DNA from: Acidobacteriota bacterium
GTDB taxonomy: Bacteria; Acidobacteriota; UBA890; WLXD01
Direction of reading: 5' to 3'
Assembly (NCBI GenBank): GCA_963666055.2
Contig: CAXWPH010000006.1
Location: 373,827 to 437,826, forward strand
DNA length: 64,000 nt
Shown: positions 51,988-61,342 of the stretch, piece after piece
Layout: every line of letters begins with the position of its first letter
Position numbering within the stretch: position 1 is the stretch's first letter
Made by a program: the position numbers and the translations under genes
Notes under the pieces: generated by a model
Seen by the model: the letters and a program-made list of their open reading frames with translations, nothing else
Databases searched by the model: none
Told to the model about the DNA's origin: nothing

Positions 51988-53937
51988 CTATTCAAGCGCC
52001 AACGCCACCAGCTCGCCCGGGTGCCCGGTCGCCCCGACAGCGACCACCACGTACTGCTTGCCATCGTGCATGTAGGTGATCGGCACCCCGCTCTGATTGG
52101 CCGGCAGCTCGATCTCGGCGAGCACCTCACCGGAGAGCTTGTCGTGGGCGCGGAGCTTGTTTCCACCGCCTCCATAGGCAGCGAACAGACCGGAGCCCTC
52201 ACCAACGAACAGCAGCGTCTTGGTCACCAGCGGGGCACCGCGGTCGGTGCGGCCGGTCGGCGGGATGTCGAGCCCACGGAGCGCCGGGTGCTCACGAACA
52301 TAGTCGGGAGTGTCGCCGTTCGGTCGCGTCCATACGTGCTCGCCGGTATTCAGATCGATGGCAGTGATGCGCCCCCAGGGTGGCTTGATCAGCGGCAACC
52401 CGCGTGGCCCGCCGCCCTGCGGCAGCCTGACGCTCCGACCCTGCACGTACCTCATGTTGGAGCTCGCGGGATCGCTCCACAGCCCGTACACATCCGGTTT
52501 GGTGGTCGAGGTCACGTACAAGATGCCGGTTTCTGGATCTGCTGCGGCACTGGGCCAGTTGGCCCCGCCCACACTTCCCGGCATCGCCAGGGTCCCCTTG
52601 GTCCCGTTCTCCTCGATGAGCGACGGCGGCGTGAACAGGGGCCCGAGGCGGAAGGTGGAGGCCAGCTCCTTGGCCTCCTCGAAGAGCTCGGGCGTGAAGT
52701 CGATGAGGTCATCGATGGTGACACCCTGACGATCGAACGGCGCCGGCTTGGTCGGAAACGGCTGCGTTGCCGCGGTGCGCTCACCGGGGACATCGGTCTG
52801 CGGGACGGGGCGGTCCTCGATCGGCCATACGGGCTGGCCGGTGACGCGGTCGAAGACGAAGGTGAACGCCTGCTTGGTGACCTGGGCGACCGCCTTGATC
52901 GAGCGACCGTCGACGTTGATGTCGAGCAGGATCGGGGCGGCCGGCAGATCGTAGTCCCAGATGCCGTGGCGAACCGTCTGGAAGTGCCAGACGCGCTCGC
53001 CGGTCCTGGCGTCCAGGCACACCAGGCTCTGGGAGAAGAGGTTGTCGCCGGGGCGGTGGCCGCCGTAGTAGTCGCCGGTCGGGGCCTCGAGCGGCACATA
53101 CACGTAGCCGAGCTCGGGATCGGCGGAAAACGTCGTCCACTGGCCGACGTTGCCTGTGTAGCTGGCGGAGCCCTCCTCCCAGGTGTCATGGCCGAGCTCG
53201 CCGGGCTCGGGAATGGTGTGGAAGATCCACAGGCGATCGCCCGTTCGCGCGTCGTAGCCGCGAATGTGGCCAGCTGGCATCTCCTTGGTCGGCGGACTGC
53301 CGCCGGCCGGAAAGGCGCTGCCGACCACGACAACATCGCCCACGACGACGGCCGGCGAGCTCGAGCCTATGGTTGCCGTCTCGACATCGAGCTCGCGGTC
53401 CAGCTCGCGCCGCAGATCCACAGTTCCGTCGATGCCGAAGTCCGGCATGGGCCGCCCGGTCTTCGGGCTCAGCGCCACCAAGTGGTAGGCAGGCGTAACC
53501 AGGAAGATCGCCTCCTCGTCGCCGTCCGACCAGTACGCTACCCCACGGCCCGAGTTGGGACGCGGCGCGGTGTCGCCGCGCGCCCCTTCGTCCATACGGT
53601 ACGACCACAGCGTCTCGCCGGTAGCCGCGTCGATCGCCACCACGGCGCGACGCGTTCCCGCCGTCGCATACAGCACGCCGTTCACCATCAGCGGCGTGGT
53701 GCGGTAATTAAACTCCGGCCGCGGACCGTAATTGTCGGACTTCCAACGCCAGGCGATCTGCAGCTCAGCGACGTTGTCTCGATCGATCTGGTCGAGCGGC
53801 GCGTAGCGGGTGCTGGCCGCGTCGCCGCCGTAGTAGTGCCACTCGCCGTCGCCGGCGCCGTTCTGCATTCTGCCGGTCGACGCGGCGGCCGAGCCCAGCA
53901 GCAACGCCATTCCCACGAAGGCCGCGCCTGCTCTCAT
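51988..53937 (-). CDS. Secreted PQQ-dependent dehydrogenase (glucose/quinate/shikimate dehydrogenase-like, no membrane domain)
   Basis: RYAPLDQIDRDNV..L..AW, TPLMVNGVLY, WHFQTVRHGIWDYD, GGANW, PPWGRITAIDLNTGEHVW. Confidence 0.9.
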   Translation of the reverse strand: MRAGAAFVGMALLLGSAAASTGRMQNGAGDGEWHYYGGDAASTRYAPLDQIDRDNVAELQIAWRWKSDNYGPRPEFNYRTTPLMVNGVLYATAGTRRAVVAIDAATGETLWSYRMDEGARGDTAPRPNSGRGVAYWSDGDEEAIFLVTPAYHLVALSPKTGRPMPDFGIDGTVDLRRELDRELDVETATIGSSSPAVVVGDVVVVGSAFPAGGSPPTKEMPAGHIRGYDARTGDRLWIFHTIPEPGELGHDTWEEGSASYTGNVGQWTTFSADPELGYVYVPLEAPTGDYYGGHRPGDNLFSQSLVCLDARTGERVWHFQTVRHGIWDYDLPAAPILLDINVDGRSIKAVAQVTKQAFTFVFDRVTGQPVWPIEDRPVPQTDVPGERTAATQPFPTKPAPFDRQGVTIDDLIDFTPELFEEAKELASTFRLGPLFTPPSLIEENGTKGTLAMPGSVGGANWPSAAADPETGILYVTSTTKPDVYGLWSDPASSNMRYVQGRSVRLPQGGGPRGLPLIKPPWGRITAIDLNTGEHVWTRPNGDTPDYVREHPALRGLDIPPTGRTDRGAPLVTKTLLFVGEGSGLFAAYGGGGNKLRAHDKLSGEVLAEIELPANQSGVPITYMHDGKQYVVVAVGATGHPGELVALALE

Positions 53938-54383
53938 CGCTGCTCCTGGGCAGCTGTGAGCAGGATCTCGAACAAGGCGTCGGTGTCGGCCTCGAGCTCT
54001 TCGTCGCCGGGCGGGAACCCGTTGCCACGCAGGATCATCGCGATAAGGTCGACCGTTTCCCCCGGCGACAGACGGCCGGGGTCGTCCTCAGGCATGGTCT
54101 CCTGAATGATCGCGTACAGGATCCCCAGCGACTCCTGAGCCCAGAAGTGCATGAAGTCCCTGCCCACCAACCCGATGGAGGTTTCCCCGCCGCGCAACTG
54201 TACTCCGTGGCAGGTGCCGCACTCGCGCACGTAGGTGCGCTGACCGCGATCGGCTTGCTCGGCCGAATAGACACCGTCCTCGGCGGTAGCTTGGAGCGTC
54301 CCTGAGCTCACGCTGCCGGCTACGAGGGTCATCCCAGCAAGCGCCGCCGTGCCGGCCAACGTGCTGAGGACCATCTTTGTCAC
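53934..54383 (-). CDS. Periplasmic monoheme cytochrome c
   Basis: Signal peptide; GVYSAEQADRG...CGTCHG...MP; ATGA overlap with the PQQ gene; GGAG RBS before GTG. Confidence 0.88.
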   Translation of the reverse strand: MTKMVLSTLAGTAALAGMTLVAGSVSSGTLQATAEDGVYSAEQADRGQRTYVRECGTCHGVQLRGGETSIGLVGRDFMHFWAQESLGILYAIIQETMPEDDPGRLSPGETVDLIAMILRGNGFPPGDEELEADTDALFEILLTAAQEQR

Positions 54384-54545
54384 CTGCGTCTCCGATTTCT
54401 GCGGCAGCGAGCCGGCACACTCCGGTAGCAAACCCGGCAACACTACCCTACCGAGCTGCAGGTGAGGTAGTTGTTCCGCCCCGCCATTGGACACCTCGGC
54501 GGCTTCACGGCTATCTTCAGGTATCGGTAGCTCCGAGGAGGCACC

Positions 54546-55844
54546 ATGAGGCGAGCGTTGCTGGTCGGAATCGGTTCGATCGTTGCTATTTGCGGCTGGA
54601 ACGAAGTGCCGGCCGCCAGCGCGGCACAGGCACAGGCGACACCTGCTGCGTTGGAGGAGGACTCGTCCAGGCAGCGCGCACCCACTTGGACCGAAGACAT
54701 CGGACCGCTCATGGCCGTCAAGTGCATGAACTGTCACCGGCCGGGCGAAGTGGCGCCGCTGTCGCTGCTCACCTACGAGGAGGCGCGCCCGTGGGCCGAC
54801 TCGATTCGCTTGATGGTGGAGCTCGGCATCATGCCGCCATGGCACGCCGACCCGCGCTACGGCCACTTCGGCAACGATCGCCGGCTGAGCGACGCGCAAC
54901 GGCAGACGATCCTGGCGTGGGTCGACGAGGGAGCGCCGCGCGGAGAGGGTGATTTCATCCCACCCGAGTTCCCCGAGGGCTGGCTGCTCGGAGGTCTGCT
55001 CGGACCTCCAGACTACGTGTTCGAGATGGACGAGGAGTTCGAGGTGCCGGCCGGCGGCGCCGATATCAACATCGACATCATGGCCCCGACCACCCACCAA
55101 GAGGACATCTGGGTGCAGGCCGTCGAGGTGCGCGGCAACTCACGTGTCGTGCACCACAACGTCGTCACCGTGATGCGTCCCGACGGAACCTACGATCCGT
55201 CCGGGCGGCTTGCCAGCGCCGTTCCCGGCAAGCAATGGGATCGGTTTCCCGAAGGCGCGGGCAAGCTGATCCCCGCCGGTTCCCAGCTGCGCCACGGATT
55301 GCACTACCACCCCAGCAACACCCTCGAGAGGGATCGATCCCGCGTCGCGGTGTGGCTCGTCGACAACCCCATCAGCCACACGATCCACTCGTCGGTCGTG
55401 GCCGACCCGACGCTGCAGATCCCTCCTCACGAGCCGAACTACACGAGCCGTGGCGAGTTCATCTTCGATGTCGACGCCGAGCTCACGCTGATGAAGCCCC
55501 ACATGCACTACCGGGGCAAGGACATGACGTACCGCGCCATCTACCCCGACGGCACCGCGGAGATCCTGCTGCACGTGCCGAACTACGACATGTACTGGCA
55601 GATTTCCTACGAGCTCGCCGAGCCGATCCCGATGCCCAAGGGGACCAAGCTCGAGGTCGTTGCCCACTTCGACAACTCGGCGAGCAATCCCTGGAACCCG
55701 GATCCCACTGTGCAGGTGATCTGGGGCGCCGATTCCCGCGACGAGATGATGGAGGGCTGGTTCGACTACCGGGTGAAGCTGGAGGAGCCCATCGTGCCCG
55801 ACAACGTCGAGAGCGCCTCGGGCTCTGACTCCGGGGCGCGATGA
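54546..55844 (+). CDS. Secreted c-type heme + copper type II (PHM/DBH-like) monooxygenase domain protein
   Basis: Signal peptide; CMNCH + MPPW; VVHH, LHYH, PHMH, DEMM; YDMYWQ. Confidence 0.82.
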   Translation: MRRALLVGIGSIVAICGWNEVPAASAAQAQATPAALEEDSSRQRAPTWTEDIGPLMAVKCMNCHRPGEVAPLSLLTYEEARPWADSIRLMVELGIMPPWHADPRYGHFGNDRRLSDAQRQTILAWVDEGAPRGEGDFIPPEFPEGWLLGGLLGPPDYVFEMDEEFEVPAGGADINIDIMAPTTHQEDIWVQAVEVRGNSRVVHHNVVTVMRPDGTYDPSGRLASAVPGKQWDRFPEGAGKLIPAGSQLRHGLHYHPSNTLERDRSRVAVWLVDNPISHTIHSSVVADPTLQIPPHEPNYTSRGEFIFDVDAELTLMKPHMHYRGKDMTYRAIYPDGTAEILLHVPNYDMYWQISYELAEPIPMPKGTKLEVVAHFDNSASNPWNPDPTVQVIWGADSRDEMMEGWFDYRVKLEEPIVPDNVESASGSDSGAR

Positions 55845-56530
55845 TCTTCGGCCGGCGCTCCGGAGCTAGCGTCGCCTTAGCGGGTCTCGGGGCAGCAGCG
55901 CTGCTAGCAGGCGCCTGCTCGGGTTCGGCCTCCGTCGACCCTACCGGCATGTGGAACCTGAAATCCGGCGACCTGACGAACCGGGCTACGGGTGGCGTCC
56001 GCACGGTGCTGCTGCGGGTCCAGGAGGTCGACGGCGAGCTTGAGGCCGAGATCACATCGATCAGCGGTGCGTTCCTGCCGACGCAAAGCTTCGACTACGA
56101 CGACGGCGTGATGTCGGTCAAGTCCGGCGCCTACGAGTACACGCTCGACATCGACGGCGACGACATCGAGGGAACTGTCGTCAGCCCGCTCGGCAGGCAG
56201 CAGATCGTCGGGTTCCGCCAGTACGACACGCTGCTGTATGTCGGCGACCAGCCCGAGGAGTACCAGTTCACGCGCACCGGCATCATCGGTCACCGCACCG
56301 AGTTGCAGCCCCCGGAAGACGCTTCCGATCCCGCCGACTGGGTAACCAGCCGTATCGAATCGGCGAACGATCTAGCGCTCATCGTCGGCCGCCGCCATAA
56401 GCTCGCCGTCGAGTTCACCAACGCCGAGGAGTTCGAAGCCGAGCTCCGGGCCCACGCCGGACAGCGCGTCGCCATCAGCGGCGTCTGGGTGGGCGAAAGA
56501 ATCCGGATCGAGGCTGTCGATACGCCCTGA
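55841..56530 (+). CDS. Hypothetical lipoprotein
   Basis: Lipobox LAGAC; ATGA overlap with the upstream monooxygenase-like gene. Confidence 0.7.
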   Translation: MIFGRRSGASVALAGLGAAALLAGACSGSASVDPTGMWNLKSGDLTNRATGGVRTVLLRVQEVDGELEAEITSISGAFLPTQSFDYDDGVMSVKSGAYEYTLDIDGDDIEGTVVSPLGRQQIVGFRQYDTLLYVGDQPEEYQFTRTGIIGHRTELQPPEDASDPADWVTSRIESANDLALIVGRRHKLAVEFTNAEEFEAELRAHAGQRVAISGVWVGERIRIEAVDTP

Positions 56531-56778
56531 TCCGTCAGTTGCTCGCCTCGTTGAAGAGCGTGCAGCTGACGCTCTGGGTCTTCCTCAGCGTGAACGTGGC
56601 GGTGCGGGTGCCGACCTTGCCCTTGTCCTTGGCGCGTCACGGGAGGGTCGGCTGACCATCGAATTCTAGACAGCTCGGCTCCTACATCGCTCGGTACGCA
56701 CACCGACCTGCGTCCATCCGCGACCGGCATACTCGAGCCGCCCGGAAGCAGTAGCGTTTATCGTCTGGAGACGATGCC

Positions 56779-57789
56779 TTGAGAATCACCGAGCGAATCG
56801 CCGCGGCCAAAGCGCCCTTCTTCAGCTTCGAGCTGCTGCCGCCGCTACGCGGCGGCACCATCGCACCGCTGCTTGAGACCGTCGAGGCGCTGCTCCCCTA
56901 CCGTCCCGCCTTCATCGACGTCACCAGCCACGCCGGTGTGGTGACGTATGAGGACGGTCCTGATGGGCTGAAGCGGCACATTGTCCGGCGTCGACCCGGA
57001 ACGCTCGCGGCCAGCTCGCTGATCCAGCACAAGTACGGCATCCCCACCGTCCCGCATGTCGTCTGCAAAGGTTTCACGCGCCAGGAGACCGAGGATTTCC
57101 TCATCGACACGAGCTACGTCGGCATCGATACGGTGCTGGCGATCGCCGGCGACGACCACGGCTACGACAAGCCGCTCACCGACAATCGAACCCGCAACGA
57201 AAACGCCCTCGAGCTGGTGCAGCAGATTCGCGATCTGGGCGAGGGCAAGTACGTATCGGCGCCTCGCGAGGGCTCTCCGATCCGCTTCGAGATCGGAGTG
57301 GCCGGATACCCCGAGAAGCACATTCAGGCCCCCAACCTGGAAGCCGACGTTCGCTGGCTGAAGCGCAAGCTCGACGCCGGCGCGCATTATGTCGTCACCC
57401 AGATGTTCTTCAACAACCAGAGCTACTACGACTACGTGCGGCTGTGTCGTGAGATGGGCATCGAGGCGCCGATCATCCCGGCGCTGAAGGTGCTCACCGC
57501 CAAGCGACAGCTGAGTTTGCTGCCGAAGTTATTCTTCATCCACCTGCCGCCAGAGCTCGTCGATGCGGTCGAAGCGGCCGACGATGACGCAGTCACGGAA
57601 GTCGGAATCGATTGGGCACGACGCCAGATCGAGGATCTGCTGGCGCACGACGTGCCGGCCATCCACCTGTACGTCATGCAGAACCCGCAACCGACGCTGC
57701 ACTTGCTGGAAAAGCTACAGCGCGCTGACCCGCAGCCGATGCGGCGCGCGCCGCACGGGCAGCAATGCGCCAACGGACTCCGGGCTTGA
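56779..57789 (+). CDS. metF: Methylenetetrahydrofolate reductase
   Basis: FSFELLPP, IDVT, VAGYPEKH, VTQMFF, IHLYVM. Confidence 0.9.
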   Translation: MRITERIAAAKAPFFSFELLPPLRGGTIAPLLETVEALLPYRPAFIDVTSHAGVVTYEDGPDGLKRHIVRRRPGTLAASSLIQHKYGIPTVPHVVCKGFTRQETEDFLIDTSYVGIDTVLAIAGDDHGYDKPLTDNRTRNENALELVQQIRDLGEGKYVSAPREGSPIRFEIGVAGYPEKHIQAPNLEADVRWLKRKLDAGAHYVVTQMFFNNQSYYDYVRLCREMGIEAPIIPALKVLTAKRQLSLLPKLFFIHLPPELVDAVEAADDDAVTEVGIDWARRQIEDLLAHDVPAIHLYVMQNPQPTLHLLEKLQRADPQPMRRAPHGQQCANGLRA

Positions 57790-57801
57790 TAGAGTCGGCC
57801 G

Positions 57802-59469
57802 GTGGTTGAGCGCACGCCGAGCAAAGAAACAACCTGGGACATCGTCATCGTCGGCGGTGGCTCGGCCGGATGCGTGTTAGCCAATCGCCTCAGCGCAGAC
57901 CCTTCCACCCGGGTGCTGGTGCTGGAGGCGGGGCCGATGGACCATCGTTGGGATTTTCGCCTCCACATGCCGGCTGCCCTGGCGTGGCCGCTCGCCGGGC
58001 GTACCTACAATTGGTGGTACGAGTCCGATCCGGAGCCCGGTATGGGAGGTCGGCGGATATACCAACCTCGGGGCAAGGTGCTCGGCGGCTCCGGCTCTAT
58101 CAACGGCATGGTCTGGATCCGTGGCAACCCGCTCGACTACGAGAGATGGGGGCACGAACCGGGGCTGGCACATTGGGACTTTGCGCACTGCTTGCCCTAC
58201 TTCCGACGCCTGGAGCACCGGCTGTCCGGCGCCGATGCCTACCACGGCGACTCGGGACCCCTGTTTCTCACCACGCCGAGCTGTGACAACCCGCTCGTCG
58301 AGGCCTTTTTTGCGGCGGCGCAGCAAGCCGGGTACCCGCTGACCGAGGATGTCAACGGCTTCCAGCAAGAGGGTTTTTCGAGCTTCGACCGCACCACCTA
58401 CCGGGGACGTCGATGGAGCGCCGCCCGCGCCTACTACCACCCGATCAAGCGCCGCAAGAACCTCACCCTGAAGTGTCGGGCGCTCACCACGCGCATCCTC
58501 TTCGACGAACGTCGGGCGGTAGGGGTCGAGTACCGGCACGGCGGGCAGCAACATGTCGCCCACGGCAACGAGATCATCTGCTGCGGCGGCGCCATCAACT
58601 CCCCCCAGTTGTTGCAGCTCTCCGGCGTGGGCCCCGCCGACCGCCTGAAGCGACTGGGAATCAAGGTGATCCAGGACCTACCCGGGGTGGGCGAGAATCT
58701 CCAAGATCATCTGGAGGTGTACGTGCAGTACGCCTGCACCCAGCCGGTGAGCCTCTACCCGGCGCTAGCCTGGTGGCGCCAGCCATGGATCGGCGCCAAG
58801 TGGCTCTTCGGCCGCCGCGGCATCGGCGCCAGCAACCAGTTCGAGGCTGGCGGCTTCATCCGCAGCAACGACCAGGTGGGCATTCCCAACGTCCAGTTCC
58901 ACTTCCTTCCCATCGCTATCCGCTACGACGGTTCCGCCCCGAGCTCCGGCCACGGCTACCAGGTGCACGTCGGGCCCACTCTTTCGGACGCACGCGGGTG
59001 GGTGCGGAGCCGCTCCTCCGACCCGGACGAGCACCCCTCTATTCGATTCAACTATGTCTCTACGGAGCAGGATCGGCGCGAGTGGGTAGAGGCCATACGC
59101 TGCACGCGCCGCATCATGACCCAGCCGGCCCTCGAGCCGCTCCGGGGTGGCGAGCTGGTGCCCGGCGACGAGGTCGAGACAGATGAGGAGATCCTCAGCT
59201 TCGTCGCCCGCGAGGGCGAGAGCGCCTACCATCCGTGCTGTACCTGTCGCATGGGTACGGACGACGACGCCGTGATCGACGCCGAGCTCCGGGTGCACGG
59301 CCTGCAGGGCCTTCGCGTGGTGGACGCGTCCGCTATGCCGTCCATCACCAACGGCAACATCTACGCACCGGTGCTGATGATCGCCGAGAAGGCCGCCGAC
59401 ATGATCCGCGGAGATACACCGCTGGAGCCCTCCACGGCCCCCTTTTACACGCACGATCCGGTGGCCTGA
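57802..59469 (+). CDS. betA: Choline dehydrogenase (GMC oxidoreductase)
   Basis: GGGSAG, HMPAAL, RGKVLGGSGSINGM, VGENLQDHLEVYVQY, SNQFEAGGF, AYHPCCTCRMG, ITNGN. Confidence 0.9.
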   Translation: MVERTPSKETTWDIVIVGGGSAGCVLANRLSADPSTRVLVLEAGPMDHRWDFRLHMPAALAWPLAGRTYNWWYESDPEPGMGGRRIYQPRGKVLGGSGSINGMVWIRGNPLDYERWGHEPGLAHWDFAHCLPYFRRLEHRLSGADAYHGDSGPLFLTTPSCDNPLVEAFFAAAQQAGYPLTEDVNGFQQEGFSSFDRTTYRGRRWSAARAYYHPIKRRKNLTLKCRALTTRILFDERRAVGVEYRHGGQQHVAHGNEIICCGGAINSPQLLQLSGVGPADRLKRLGIKVIQDLPGVGENLQDHLEVYVQYACTQPVSLYPALAWWRQPWIGAKWLFGRRGIGASNQFEAGGFIRSNDQVGIPNVQFHFLPIAIRYDGSAPSSGHGYQVHVGPTLSDARGWVRSRSSDPDEHPSIRFNYVSTEQDRREWVEAIRCTRRIMTQPALEPLRGGELVPGDEVETDEEILSFVAREGESAYHPCCTCRMGTDDDAVIDAELRVHGLQGLRVVDASAMPSITNGNIYAPVLMIAEKAADMIRGDTPLEPSTAPFYTHDPVA

Positions 59470-59557
59470 TCCCATCTGGATCGCCGCACGGAATGTGCGC
59501 CGACAAGGCGGCGTGGCACACAGCGCGCCGGCCTGGAGCGCATCCCGGCGCCCGGCG

Positions 59558-60862
59558 TTAGCGCGATTCGCGGTCGTCCCGGTAGATCTCGCCGCCCCTC
59601 ATCACGAACATGACGCGCTCCATCACGGTGATGTTGTGGAGTGGATTACCGCGCACCGCGATCACATCGGCCAGCTTTCCCGCCTCGAGGCTGCCGATGC
59701 GATCCTCCCATCCCATGATCATCGCTGACACACTGGTCGCCGAGGTGATCGCATCGAGCTCGCTCTCACCGTTCTCGGTGCGCTCCTGGAATTCGCGCGC
59801 GTTGTGCCCGTGCGCGAAGACGCCGGCATCGGTGCCGAACCCGATCGTCAGCCCACGCTCCACGGCGCGACGGAAGGTCGCATTGCGGAACCTCATCATC
59901 TCGAGCGATCGCTGGATCTGATCCGGCGGAATTCCCAGGCTGGGCCCGTCGCGCGGAATGATCACGCCGACGTACAGGGTTGGAACGTAGAAGGTGGAGT
60001 CGCTGGCGGCAAGCATCTCCAGGCCCTCGTCGTCCAGCATCGAACCGTGATCGATGGTGCGGACCCCGGCACGAATGGCCGCCTTGATGCCCTCGGCCCC
60101 GTGGGCGTGGGCCGCGACGAACCCTTCCCGGCGGGTTGTTTCCTCAACCGCGACGGCCAGTTCCTCGGCGGAGTACTGTTGCGCCCCTGGTGAGATTCCA
60201 CGCGAGAGCACCGCACCGGTGGCGAGGATCTTGGTGAAATCGGCGCCGTGCTTGAAGTTGGTGCGCACCGCGGCGCGCACGGCGTCGACGCCGTCTGCCA
60301 GGTTGCGCACCGTCGGCACGTCGACGTAGATGGAAAACTGACGCGCATCCCCCGCCCCGCCCGTGGCCGAAACGTAATTGCCCGCCACCTGCATGCGCGG
60401 TCCTGGGAGCACCCCGGCGTCGATCACCTTGCGAAGATCAACATCGGTGTAAGGCCATTCCGGGCCCATGTCGCGAACCGTCGTGAAACCCGCACGCAGC
60501 GTCACCAGCGCGTTGGCGGCCCCGTGCAACGCGGACTCACCAGGAGTCGTGGTGACCAGCACTTCCTCCCAGTGCACCCCGACCTCGGAGGTGAGGTGCG
60601 TGTGTAAGTCGATCAGGCCCGGAAGAATGGTGGCGTCCTCAAGATCGATCGTCGGCGTGCCAGCCGGCACCGCGAGCTCCGGGCCAACCGCCACGATCCG
60701 CTCTCCCTCGATCAGGATCCGACCGGGCTCGATGACGTTGCCGAGCCCATCGATGAGCCGCTCGGCCCGAATGAGCACCGCCCCTCCGCCTTGAGCGAGC
60801 CCGGTCGCAGGCAAGGTGGCGGCGACGGCAAGAACGGCAACAGCGATGCGTCTCGTGCTCAT
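59558..60862 (-). CDS. Secreted amidohydrolase family protein (metal-dependent, Xaa-Pro dipeptidase-like)
   Basis: PGLIDLHTH, GFTTVRDMG, AAHAHG, IDHG, GTDAG, GKLAD. Confidence 0.9.
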   Translation of the reverse strand: MSTRRIAVAVLAVAATLPATGLAQGGGAVLIRAERLIDGLGNVIEPGRILIEGERIVAVGPELAVPAGTPTIDLEDATILPGLIDLHTHLTSEVGVHWEEVLVTTTPGESALHGAANALVTLRAGFTTVRDMGPEWPYTDVDLRKVIDAGVLPGPRMQVAGNYVSATGGAGDARQFSIYVDVPTVRNLADGVDAVRAAVRTNFKHGADFTKILATGAVLSRGISPGAQQYSAEELAVAVEETTRREGFVAAHAHGAEGIKAAIRAGVRTIDHGSMLDDEGLEMLAASDSTFYVPTLYVGVIIPRDGPSLGIPPDQIQRSLEMMRFRNATFRRAVERGLTIGFGTDAGVFAHGHNAREFQERTENGESELDAITSATSVSAMIMGWEDRIGSLEAGKLADVIAVRGNPLHNITVMERVMFVMRGGEIYRDDRESR

Positions 60863-61338
60863 GGTCCAACTCCCGGTTTCGAGGAAGGGTGACGCCAGGC
60901 GAACACCAGACCGAGCAGACTGATCACGGTCATCGTGCCCGGCGCCAGCACCGGGGTGGCGCCGCTCATCGACTTCTGGAGCAGTTTCACACCGGCGATG
61001 TTGGGGTACATCTCTCGTTCGAACTCGGCGTTGCCGGAATAGTGCAGCCACTGGCCCGTCAAGCCGCTCAGCAGGCAAGCCCACATCAGCACGCGCAACG
61101 TCAACAGCACGGCGCCGCTGGAAGCAAACCAAGCAGCCGCGGCGACGACGATGACGGCACCGAGCAAGGCCAGCGGGAGGATCTGCCACCAGTCCTCCGT
61201 ATGCCCTATCAGCAACAGCTCGATGAGCACCCCGATGCTACCGAACAGGATGATTGCGAGCATACCGCGGCGGAGCCCACCAACCGTGGCAACGCCATTC
61301 GTGATCCCGGCGCCAGCTGCAGGAGCCGGTCGGCCCAT
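60859..61338 (-). CDS. Hypothetical 4-TM membrane protein
   Basis: Four hydrophobic helices; ELLLIGH, LHY..N.EFE and P.LAPG motifs; coupled to neighbours. Confidence 0.7.
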   Translation of the reverse strand: MGRPAPAAGAGITNGVATVGGLRRGMLAIILFGSIGVLIELLLIGHTEDWWQILPLALLGAVIVVAAAAWFASSGAVLLTLRVLMWACLLSGLTGQWLHYSGNAEFEREMYPNIAGVKLLQKSMSGATPVLAPGTMTVISLLGLVFAWRHPSSKPGVGP

Positions 61339-61342
61339 CGAG

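Noticed and set aside
49488-54105. Very long plus-strand ORFs (757 aa and 810 aa)
   Set aside because: They are antisense shadows of well-supported minus-strand genes in GC-rich DNA and have no motifs of their own.
56640-56778. SAM riboswitch upstream of metF
   Set aside because: I could not find a SAM-I, SAM-II or SAM-SAH consensus by eye; an Rfam scan would be needed.
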